The position numbers were made by a program, and so were the translations under genes. Below are positions 7,986-15,445 of a DNA stretch of 20,000 nucleotides, piece by piece (position 1 is the stretch's first letter; every line of letters starts with the position of its first letter). Source of the stretch: an uncultured virus (IMG/VR IMGVR_UViG_3300025098_000016) (Duplodnaviria > Heunggongvirae > Uroviricota > Caudoviricetes); the IMG/VR virus record IMGVR_UViG_3300025098_000016; one strand, 5' to 3'. The notes under the pieces are model-generated. The model worked only from the letters and a program-made list of their open reading frames with translations, was not told the DNA's origin and did not search any database.

Positions 7986-8737
7986 GTTTCTTTCCTTTTG
8001 TTCTTATTGCTTGTTACAGCAGTTGATAATATTGGTAGTGTGGCGCCAATTACATTTGCTGAATACAGCAATGCTTCTGTATCTTTTGGAAAGCATGCTC
8101 CTCCAAAACCTTTGTCGCCATCTGGACCTGGAACTTGCATATGACTATGTGTAATTCTTTTGTCCTCACCTACCAATGCTTTAACTTGATTATAATCTAT
8201 TCCTGCTGATTCGCATAGATCAAATACTTCGTTAAAGAAAGCAACCTTGGTTGCTAAAAAACTATTGCGTAAATATTTTGTTAATATTAATTCTTCTACC
8301 GTAGCATAGATTGGATTGAATCCTTTACATAAAATAAACACATCATTCCAAAACTCTACATTACCTCCACCAAATAACATTGTTGTTTGATTTTTAAAGT
8401 CTTCGTTTGCATTGGCCGCAGTTAAAAACTCAGGGCTAAATGTAATTTCTTTATTTTGTGGCTTAAGATCTTTGCGCCACCCTTCTAAACTAATTGTGCT
8501 TTTAATTAAAATAGGTTTATCACTTGGACATGCTTTAACTACAGTTTCAACAATAGTCATATTACATGCTCCTGTTACTGTAGCAGGTGTTGGAACACAA
8601 ATAACATAACCGTCGCTATCGTTATCAATAACATTATCGTTATATTCAGGATCAACAATCTTTACTTCATGATAGTCTTTGAGTACTTCGTACACAGCCT
8701 TGCCTACAAAGCCATACCCAATTAAAGTTAGTTTCAT
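7982..8737 (-). CDS. ugd: UDP-glucose/GDP-mannose 6-dehydrogenase family (short form)
   Basis: IGYGFVG, ICVPTP, IKSTI, SPEFL, K-x3-N and GFGGACFPKD with the catalytic Cys; no C-terminal UDP-binding domain. Confidence 0.88.
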   Translation of the reverse strand: MKLTLIGYGFVGKAVYEVLKDYHEVKIVDPEYNDNVIDNDSDGYVICVPTPATVTGACNMTIVETVVKACPSDKPILIKSTISLEGWRKDLKPQNKEITFSPEFLTAANANEDFKNQTTMLFGGGNVEFWNDVFILCKGFNPIYATVEELILTKYLRNSFLATKVAFFNEVFDLCESAGIDYNQVKALVGEDKRITHSHMQVPGPDGDKGFGGACFPKDTEALLYSANVIGATLPILSTAVTSNKNKRKET

Positions 8738-8949
8738 TTAGCCTCCTTCTTTGCTTGCAATTTAGGATGTGGAGTTTTATCGTTAAAGATATCTCCAGCC
8801 ATTGCTTGTATTTGTTCTACTAGATGAGTAACTAACTGTTCGTCATACTCCTCACCTGGTGCCTTTTTATATTTTTCTCTATGTGCTTGAATGGCCATTC
8901 CGTGCATTGCACTAACCTTGTCCATTAGTTGTTGTATTGTATGTTGCAT
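8734..8949 (-). CDS. Hypothetical helical protein (71 aa)
   Basis: GGAGG SD; start overlaps the polB stop (TAATG). Confidence 0.7.
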   Translation of the reverse strand: MQHTIQQLMDKVSAMHGMAIQAHREKYKKAPGEEYDEQLVTHLVEQIQAMAGDIFNDKTPHPKLQAKKEAK

Positions 8950-11621
8950 TATTCACCTCCAAAGTCAAACAAACTATTGAACGTATTGTTCTGTTTAGTG
9001 TCTTCTAAATCATAGTTTAGAACACCAATTAGGTTATCTAGTTTGTTATCAATAATAGTTGCTTCCATAGCATCGCCATCAAATGGCAGTTCTTTGAACC
9101 ATTCTGGAATACGCAATTCATCTGTAGGGTATGCAACACTTGTGTAACCTAGCGGATTTTGTTTTAGTTTGCATACAATAACTTTCATACCGTCAACAAT
9201 CTCTTGCGAGTACTTGTCACCATTCATACGTTTTAGTGTATTCCAATTAATACTTGCTCTAACATGCCCAGGCATGTTTGCTTTACCTTGCTTTTCTTCA
9301 AGACGTTGATAGTGTCCTACTTTGTTTGCACGTTTAGGTGCACCTTTTTCATAACCTGGACGTAGTTTAAACTCCTTACGAAATTGTGTAATACGATCTA
9401 ATACTTTTCTTTCTTCAACATCAGTAAGTACCATAAGCAATAGCTCACTTAAGAACTCCTGCATAAACACAGGTGTATCTGATCTACGCAAGTCTAAGCC
9501 CATTGCTTTTACTTTGCCTGGTTTACCATCTTCATCTGTTCTAAAGCCTTCGTTATCAATTACTAGTGCCGCATAACGCTTCTTAGTAATATACAATCCG
9601 CTTTTTGCAACAATTTCTCTACCTGCGGCAATAACGTCTGCACGACTCTTTGGACAATGGAATGCTTGTAGCATAAAATCTATAAATGTACTGTCAACAG
9701 CATCACTTACTTGATCATAAAGTTTGATAGCGTTCTCAGTACTCCAAGGAATGTCTCCTTTATCAATACCTTCTTTAAGCATTGGGTAAGCACTAAAGTA
9801 AACAGAGTCTGTATCACCATATATAACAGCATCACCTACGTGATCATATGTACCTGTAATAACTTTGTTTGCTTCTGCACTCATATGCTTAACAATAGTA
9901 CGACCTGACAGTGTTGTTGACTGTCCAATACGTTTGTCAAAGAATCTACAACCAGGATTAAGAATAGCACCATACAAACTGTTCAAGTTAATCTTTTTAA
10001 CAAGTTGTCGCTTGTCCCAGTATTCAATCTCTGTAGCATTGCCGGCATCCTTAGCCTTCTTTAACATTGCTTGTAGTTCTTTACGTTCTGAATACCAACG
10101 TTTTAGTAGTCCGGGTATAACACCTTCGTGTTCTGTTGTAAAAATAGTACCGTTTGCACTAAGCATCCAAGGTTGATTGCTATCAAATACAAGTTTATAA
10201 ATCTCTGCACCTGATAATACATCACTTTGTCCGTTCTCCCAGTCAACAGTTAGTGCAGTATCACGTTTCTGTTCCATAACTGCTTCATATTCTTCTGTAG
10301 CAAAACGTCCTTCCCAACTGCCTGCGAAACTTTTCTTCTTAAGACCCATATCTTCTTTTACACGAGCATCTGAAACGTCTGGACGTAGTTGTCCAACAAC
10401 TGTTGCTGGATCCATATTCAATGCACGAATAACACTAGGATACAGACTGTTCAAGTCCATACTAGCAATCCATTTGTGCAAGCCTTTTTTTGGAAATGCA
10501 ACATAAGCACCTGCCGCTTGTGTGTTTTCTTCATCACGGTGCGGACGATTAGGTACTTGCATACCACGTCTGTGTGCTTCATTAACAATCGCTTGTTCTG
10601 TAACTGCGACAGCACCCATAGTGGTCTGTAGCAAAACAGTGTTTGCATGTGCAAGTTCGTTACTTAGATCAATAAATCTTAGTTTTTTGTCCAGCTTGTC
10701 CAGTAGTGCGGTATCTTGTATGTTGTATTCGATGAACTTTCTAAAGTCATTGTTGTACAACTGGTCCAAAGTGCCTTCATAAGGGACCTTGTTCTCACCA
10801 ACTTCGATTTCGCCAATGGCATCAAGTCTATATGTGTGTCTTTCTTCATATGTATATTTACGATATAATTCCAAACTATCTAAATGCACTCTGCCTATTA
10901 GGTCAAAGGTAACAGCTGATTTACCATACTTTTCATATTCACGTTTCTTAGGAAGTTGACCCCACAAGCAGAATCTACGTGTATCATCCTTGCTTAGTAC
11001 ACGGGCAGTTCTGTTTACAGTATACGGAATATCATAACCTTCACTGTTCCAACCTGATAAAATATCAGCGTCTTCAATCAGCGTTAAGAAAGTGTCAATC
11101 ATTTCACTTTCTTTTTCAACTAGCATTACATTATCAATGCCTTCAATTTCTTTTTTAGCCTGCTCCATAGTAAGTGTCTTAGGCGGCACAGCAATACAGA
11201 TCATTGTTTCCATCCACTGTAAGTATACAGAGATACTTGTAATAGGCATAAACGGATCTGCAGGATCAGCAAAGCCACGCTCTGGATCAAAGTCAGTCTC
11301 AATATCAAAGAATGCAATGTTTAGTTTAGGAGCATCTTGATTGAGATAGTTTTCACTCAAACATTGGAATATAGGATTAATATCGCTTTCAAACATCTTC
11401 TTGCCTTTGTTAATAGCAAGTTCTTTACGAAACTCCTTTGTGTTCTTACACACAATTCTACTAATTGGATCGCCGTAGATGCTTTTAAATTTACCTCTTT
11501 GATCTTCATAATAAAATGTATACTTGATTGGATATTCAGTAAACTTTCTTTTGCCGTCTTTACGTTCTACAACACGTACAATGTCACTGTCTCTATCAAA
11601 TAATGCGTCTACGTAACTCAA
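8949..11621 (-). CDS. polB: Family B DNA polymerase (gp43-like)
   Basis: ExoI FDIET, ExoII GWNSEGYDIPY, ExoIII YNIQD, DLNSLYPS, KINLNSLYG, YGDTDS, KKRY. TTG start after GGGAG. Confidence 0.97.
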   Translation of the reverse strand: MSYVDALFDRDSDIVRVVERKDGKRKFTEYPIKYTFYYEDQRGKFKSIYGDPISRIVCKNTKEFRKELAINKGKKMFESDINPIFQCLSENYLNQDAPKLNIAFFDIETDFDPERGFADPADPFMPITSISVYLQWMETMICIAVPPKTLTMEQAKKEIEGIDNVMLVEKESEMIDTFLTLIEDADILSGWNSEGYDIPYTVNRTARVLSKDDTRRFCLWGQLPKKREYEKYGKSAVTFDLIGRVHLDSLELYRKYTYEERHTYRLDAIGEIEVGENKVPYEGTLDQLYNNDFRKFIEYNIQDTALLDKLDKKLRFIDLSNELAHANTVLLQTTMGAVAVTEQAIVNEAHRRGMQVPNRPHRDEENTQAAGAYVAFPKKGLHKWIASMDLNSLYPSVIRALNMDPATVVGQLRPDVSDARVKEDMGLKKKSFAGSWEGRFATEEYEAVMEQKRDTALTVDWENGQSDVLSGAEIYKLVFDSNQPWMLSANGTIFTTEHEGVIPGLLKRWYSERKELQAMLKKAKDAGNATEIEYWDKRQLVKKINLNSLYGAILNPGCRFFDKRIGQSTTLSGRTIVKHMSAEANKVITGTYDHVGDAVIYGDTDSVYFSAYPMLKEGIDKGDIPWSTENAIKLYDQVSDAVDSTFIDFMLQAFHCPKSRADVIAAGREIVAKSGLYITKKRYAALVIDNEGFRTDEDGKPGKVKAMGLDLRRSDTPVFMQEFLSELLLMVLTDVEERKVLDRITQFRKEFKLRPGYEKGAPKRANKVGHYQRLEEKQGKANMPGHVRASINWNTLKRMNGDKYSQEIVDGMKVIVCKLKQNPLGYTSVAYPTDELRIPEWFKELPFDGDAMEATIIDNKLDNLIGVLNYDLEDTKQNNTFNSLFDFGGE

Positions 11622-12224
11622 TTAATTCTCCCTGTAAGTAATGTCATTAATGTTTCCTGCTAAAACATATCTTGTTGTGTTTACAGGATATACTTTATGA
11701 TGTATGGTACTAGGAAACATGACTACCATATCATTATACACTGGTAAGTTGACTTCGTCAACCGGAAAGATTTCGATTTTGGACTCCTGCATTTCAACAA
11801 ACGTAAGTGGATTGTTACTTTCGCCTACATCTAAGTAGTAAACCCAACTGTAACGACTTAGTGTACCGTGTTCGTGTTGTGGACAACCTTGTCCGGGTAA
11901 GCTCTCTTGGAACCATACTTCTGCATCAATGTTTAATTGACTAGTTTCATGCCAAACTTGATCAGTTATAAACTTAGGACCCCTTGGACGTACAATATTA
12001 TGGCAATACCATAAATGTATTTTGTCTAGTAAAGGACTAATTATATCGTGATCAAGATGTATTTCGTGGTTAGTCTTCCATGACTCAACAGTATATTGTT
12101 CTTCCTCTTTTAATTTAAGGAAATAATCAATAATAGGTTTTGTGGTTTGTTTAGTAAAGCCAAGCGGGCCATGTCTTATGGCGGTCGGCTGAGATATGTA
12201 TAGTGTACTACAACTTAACTTCAT
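11622..12224 (-). CDS. 2OG-Fe(II) oxygenase, TIGR02466-like
   Basis: QHEH, YSWVYY, MFPSTIHHKV, RYVLAGN. Confidence 0.82.
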   Translation of the reverse strand: MKLSCSTLYISQPTAIRHGPLGFTKQTTKPIIDYFLKLKEEEQYTVESWKTNHEIHLDHDIISPLLDKIHLWYCHNIVRPRGPKFITDQVWHETSQLNIDAEVWFQESLPGQGCPQHEHGTLSRYSWVYYLDVGESNNPLTFVEMQESKIEIFPVDEVNLPVYNDMVVMFPSTIHHKVYPVNTTRYVLAGNINDITYREN

Positions 12225-12292
12225 TTTTTCCTACGTTGCTTATGGCCAACTTAACCTTCTACATGCCTGGCAATTGCCTTTGGCGTTACTAT

Positions 12293-12299
12293 TATTTAT
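12293..12299 (-). promoter_or_regulatory. Putative late-type promoter element ATAAATA
   Basis: Resembles the T4 late -10 TATAAATA; intergenic, upstream of the oxygenase-polB pair. Confidence 0.45.
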
Positions 12300-12517
12300 T
12301 AGAACAACAAGCCCGCAACGTAAATTACGGTTAATCCTGCGTTCATAACAATTAAACTTTTTTCTTTCCATAGGACACCAACAAGTATCCATAGACTATT
12401 ACTAATAATGAATGCCCAAATGTACAAAGGGTAAACATTAAATGCGGCCAGTGTAGCGGCTGTCAGTAAACATACTGTAGCCACCCATGCTAGCCATTGA
12501 TAGGGTTTTACCACCAT
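12299..12517 (-). CDS. Small three-helix membrane protein (72 aa)
   Basis: Three hydrophobic segments separated by YP and KEKS loops. Confidence 0.8.
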   Translation of the reverse strand: MVVKPYQWLAWVATVCLLTAATLAAFNVYPLYIWAFIISNSLWILVGVLWKEKSLIVMNAGLTVIYVAGLLF

Positions 12518-12789
12518 CCTGCGGCCACTCCATATCCAAATGTGTTAATAACAGCAAAGTATCCTGTTAGTAACATAACCCATGCCGCGCCTCTGCGTAC
12601 AGCCGCGTAGCATTGTGTAACCGATCCTACAAAAAAGAACGGATATATAATTAGCATGTTTGGATCTTTAGCATTAAATGCCAAAGTCAAACTTGCCATA
12701 ACTGTAAATACGAAACTTATTAGTTCGAATCCAAAAGCAATCTTGTCGCTTTTATAACTATTGATCCAAAAATCTTTTACTTTTTGCAT
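12508..12789 (-). CDS. Small three-helix membrane protein (93 aa)
   Basis: Amphipathic N-terminus, then three hydrophobic segments with YP and RRG loops. Confidence 0.8.
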   Translation of the reverse strand: MQKVKDFWINSYKSDKIAFGFELISFVFTVMASLTLAFNAKDPNMLIIYPFFFVGSVTQCYAAVRRGAAWVMLLTGYFAVINTFGYGVAAGWW

Positions 12790-13052
12790 TACGGCTTGTC
12801 TTTCCCTACAGTGACAACTAGTGTTTCTAAATCGTCAAACTCGTCAGCAACCTTTTCCCAATCACCTTTATGGGCAACTTTAATTGCTTTGTTAATTAAA
12901 CTTGGCTTAATGTCAAGTTCTTCTGCTACTGCTTTCACAGTTTCTTTAAGACCTGTGCTTAGATCTTCAATTTCTCTCATAACTGTAGCGCCTTCGTTAA
13001 CCAAACGTTCTAGTTTAGCCTTCTCGTCGCCACCATATACTCTGTCGCTCAT
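12789..13052 (-). CDS. dsDNA-binding protein, T4 DsbA/GapR-like
   Basis: 87 aa helical; LKETVKAVAEELDIKPSLINKAIKVAHK pattern; AAGGAG SD behind a strong promoter. Confidence 0.7.
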   Translation of the reverse strand: MSDRVYGGDEKAKLERLVNEGATVMREIEDLSTGLKETVKAVAEELDIKPSLINKAIKVAHKGDWEKVADEFDDLETLVVTVGKDKP

Positions 13053-13076
13053 AAGATTCTCCTTAGTTTATGTAGT

Positions 13077-13105
13077 ATTATACTATATTTTTAGGGTGTT
13101 GTCAA
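13077..13105 (-). promoter_or_regulatory. Sigma70-type (early) promoter
   Basis: TTGACA (13100-13105), 17 nt, TATAAT (13077-13082); perfect consensus, intergenic. Confidence 0.9.
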
Positions 13106-13120
13106 GTGTTATTTTACCAA

Positions 13121-13552
13121 TTATCTTGGAGGACAAATTTCAAAGCCGTTCATCTGCTTCTTGTATTCGTCTGCATATCCAACATATATGTACTTAACAC
13201 CTTTGGCCTTGTAATACGCACATTCGTGGCGTAGGCTCTTTAGACCTAAGAATAACTTAGGGTTTTTGTAGTTCCAAGCAAACTGTATTGCTTCTACATT
13301 ATCTGAATTATACCAATAATAGTGACTAAACGCAACTAGTTCTTTATTGCTGTAGTATCCAACTATATCACAATGCGGTGCACACAAGTCTTCGTTAAAT
13401 AAAGGCATTACACTTTCAAACTGTTTGTACTTACAGTATTGATCGTATATTTCTTGTAGTTGTTCTACTGGCGGGTTATCAAACAGTACGGCTGATTTAG
13501 ACATTCTATAGTTTGTTTTAGATAAATTAATTCTAGCATATATGTCACTCAC
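13121..13552 (-). CDS. GNAT-fold protein similar to the arginyl-tRNA-protein transferase C-terminal domain (ATE_C/Bpt)
   Basis: GYYSNKELVAFS...FAWNYKNPKLFLGLKSLRHE...GVKYIYVGY resembles the ATE_C pattern (Y..gkLVAv...YDP...sLG.ySil.EI...g..YyYLGY). GTG start. Confidence 0.7.
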   Translation of the reverse strand: MSDIYARINLSKTNYRMSKSAVLFDNPPVEQLQEIYDQYCKYKQFESVMPLFNEDLCAPHCDIVGYYSNKELVAFSHYYWYNSDNVEAIQFAWNYKNPKLFLGLKSLRHECAYYKAKGVKYIYVGYADEYKKQMNGFEICPPR

Positions 13553-14045
13553 GATTTTGCACCTCTTGTTTGTATTCTTTAGTCCAATTCTTATAATAGT
13601 CTTTCTTTTCTAACCATTCCCTCGCTGTTTCTAGTTTTTCTTTTGGTTGCAAAAGAACAAGAGCATATGTGCCATGGTTTAATTTTATATCTTGTACTTC
13701 CTCTACTTCAAGAGGATGATCTTCAAGTGCTACATAACCTCTACGGTCAAGCATAGGCTTTGTGTCATCTATAATATTACTTAGTTGTTCAGGAGTAATT
13801 CGGTCATAATCAAAGCCTAGTATAACTACTTCTTTACCTTTAGGCCAATGATATGTATAATTTTCTATTTCTGCTCGTACCCAGGTATTAATTTCAAATG
13901 AACCGTCGAGCCAATGTGTGTGTACAGCATTATCTTGCCATGCCTTTTTAGCATACGGACATGGAGGTAGGTTATTAAATGTTTTTGATGGTTTGCTTAA
14001 TACGTTTTGTATCCAATCATCTATCGATGACTTGAAACTTTGCAT
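13545..14045 (-). CDS. DUF1415-like protein
   Basis: W-x3-VL...LPPCPYAKKA and DHP motifs. Confidence 0.65.
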   Translation of the reverse strand: MQSFKSSIDDWIQNVLSKPSKTFNNLPPCPYAKKAWQDNAVHTHWLDGSFEINTWVRAEIENYTYHWPKGKEVVILGFDYDRITPEQLSNIIDDTKPMLDRRGYVALEDHPLEVEEVQDIKLNHGTYALVLLQPKEKLETAREWLEKKDYYKNWTKEYKQEVQNRE

Positions 14046-14051
14046 GGCATA

Positions 14052-15068
14052 TTAGGCCTTAACGCATTTGTTAACACGTTTGCCTGCGTTCTTACCAGTA
14101 CCTTTTTGTGTTCCAGCTCTCTTATAGCCTTTCCAACATTTATCAGGACCAGCTACTTCATCTAGCTCTGCTTCTGATAAACCTAATGTTGTGTAACTTG
14201 GGTTACCACAATCTGTACAATTAGCTTCTACAGATTCTTTTGCAGTCTTAGCCGCATTTTTCCAATCTTGTGGACTAGGTGCATCTGGATGATCTGCTGA
14301 TCTGCTTGTGCCGGCTTTTTTACGTTTATTCACATAGTAGTATAAGCCTTTTTTCTTCTTTGCTTCTTCTAACTTTTGTGCTAGAGTATCTACATATGAT
14401 TCATCTTTTTTTGTAGGTTGTTTTTTACCTTTATATTCGTATCTATCGTCGCCATCTTTCCAACGTTTGTATGCAGGTGTATTTGCTTTTTCGTCTGCTG
14501 GACTAATCTGCATCTTTTCTTTAGATTCTGCTTCAACAAATACTTGTACCATATCGTCGCCGTTGTTAAGGCCACCTTTTTTAACTTTTACGTTTGCTTT
14601 GCCATATTCTTTTTCAGCTTCTGCTGGAGACATACTAGTTTGCTTCCAACGTTTTTCTGCTTCTTTAATGTCTGCTTTTTTAGGCTTGTCGTGTGTCCAA
14701 CCTTTTTTAGCCATGTCTTTATGATCTTGCTCTTTATTGGCTTTCTTGCCTTCACCTGTCTTAGGATCATACATCATGTGTGGTTCAAATTTGTCAGCTT
14801 TTTTAGATTCAGATACTTCGTCAAATTTCATTTCATAATCTAAATGATGATATACACTACCTAAATAGTCTGCGGCTTTAGTAATCTTTGCTTGTACCCA
14901 GCCTTCAAGTCCTTGTTCTTCACTTACGCCTTTAAGCATTTCGTGTAGTTTAATACCGTACTTGGCAACTTTGTATAGATCGCCTCTAGCCATTTGCACT
15001 TCGTGATCTCTTTCAACCTTGTATGCCATGTCAGCTAAACCGTTTTCTTTTAAGTCTTTTTCTCTCAT
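14052..15068 (-). CDS. Putative internal head protein, modular (338 aa)
   Basis: Lys-rich modules separated by xxE sites; DHEVQMAR...WVQAKITKAADYL domain; C-terminal CWKGY...NKCVK module. Confidence 0.7.
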   Translation of the reverse strand: MREKDLKENGLADMAYKVERDHEVQMARGDLYKVAKYGIKLHEMLKGVSEEQGLEGWVQAKITKAADYLGSVYHHLDYEMKFDEVSESKKADKFEPHMMYDPKTGEGKKANKEQDHKDMAKKGWTHDKPKKADIKEAEKRWKQTSMSPAEAEKEYGKANVKVKKGGLNNGDDMVQVFVEAESKEKMQISPADEKANTPAYKRWKDGDDRYEYKGKKQPTKKDESYVDTLAQKLEEAKKKKGLYYYVNKRKKAGTSRSADHPDAPSPQDWKNAAKTAKESVEANCTDCGNPSYTTLGLSEAELDEVAGPDKCWKGYKRAGTQKGTGKNAGKRVNKCVKA

Positions 15069-15077
15069 CGTGTTATC

Positions 15078-15419
15078 CTATTTTTTTCTTTTGACTGTTT
15101 TACCACCAAAAACATTATCTGTAATGTCTAGTCCGTTCTTTGCAGTACCGTCTTTGTTTAGTGCTTGTTTTGCTTTTGGTACACCGTTTTTATCACGCTT
15201 TATTTTTCCGTATGCATGTGGTGGATTAGCAACAGATGCTATATTCCCTGCACTAGTAGAACCTGTTGTAGCAAATTCTTTTATTGATTCTTTATTCTTA
15301 GAATGACAGTCGCAATGCTTACAGTCAGGACCACATGTACATTCTGTTACAGGAACCCCACAACAGTCTTTTGAGCACATCTCTACTTTTTCTTCTCTAA
15401 ATAGTTCTCTTATTAACAT
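15078..15419 (-). CDS. Putative internal head protein with Cys-rich segment
   Basis: MLIRELF N-terminus; 8 Cys in 24 residues; ATTGSTSAGNIASVANP module. Confidence 0.75.
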   Translation of the reverse strand: MLIRELFREEKVEMCSKDCCGVPVTECTCGPDCKHCDCHSKNKESIKEFATTGSTSAGNIASVANPPHAYGKIKRDKNGVPKAKQALNKDGTAKNGLDITDNVFGGKTVKRKK

Positions 15420-15424
15420 GTTAG

Positions 15425-15430
15425 TATTTA
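15425..15430 (-). promoter_or_regulatory. Putative late-type promoter element TAAATA
   Basis: TAAATA 5 nt upstream of the ATG at 15419. Confidence 0.5.
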
Positions 15431-15445
15431 CCTTTTTTCTACTTG

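Noticed and set aside
10150..10400. Insertion of roughly 75 aa in polB between DLNSLYPS and the NG-x2-F motif as a possible intein
   Set aside because: No N-terminal Cys/Ser block, no C-terminal His-Asn, no LAGLIDADG motifs; it looks like a family-specific insert.
6073..11621. Archaeal or eukaryotic-virus origin suggested by PolB plus a PCNA-like clamp
   Set aside because: Perfect sigma70 promoters, SD sequences and T4-like accessory genes point to a bacteriophage.
12225..12292. Known riboswitch (preQ1, SAM-II/V) in the leader
   Set aside because: I could not match their consensus features by eye; kept only as an unclassified structured leader.
3024..14770. Alternative-frame minus-strand ORFs (3024-3260, 3767-3973, 4637-4852, 10451-10654, 14390-14575, 14588-14770)
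   Set aside because: Nested in or largely overlapping better-supported genes; no recognisable features.
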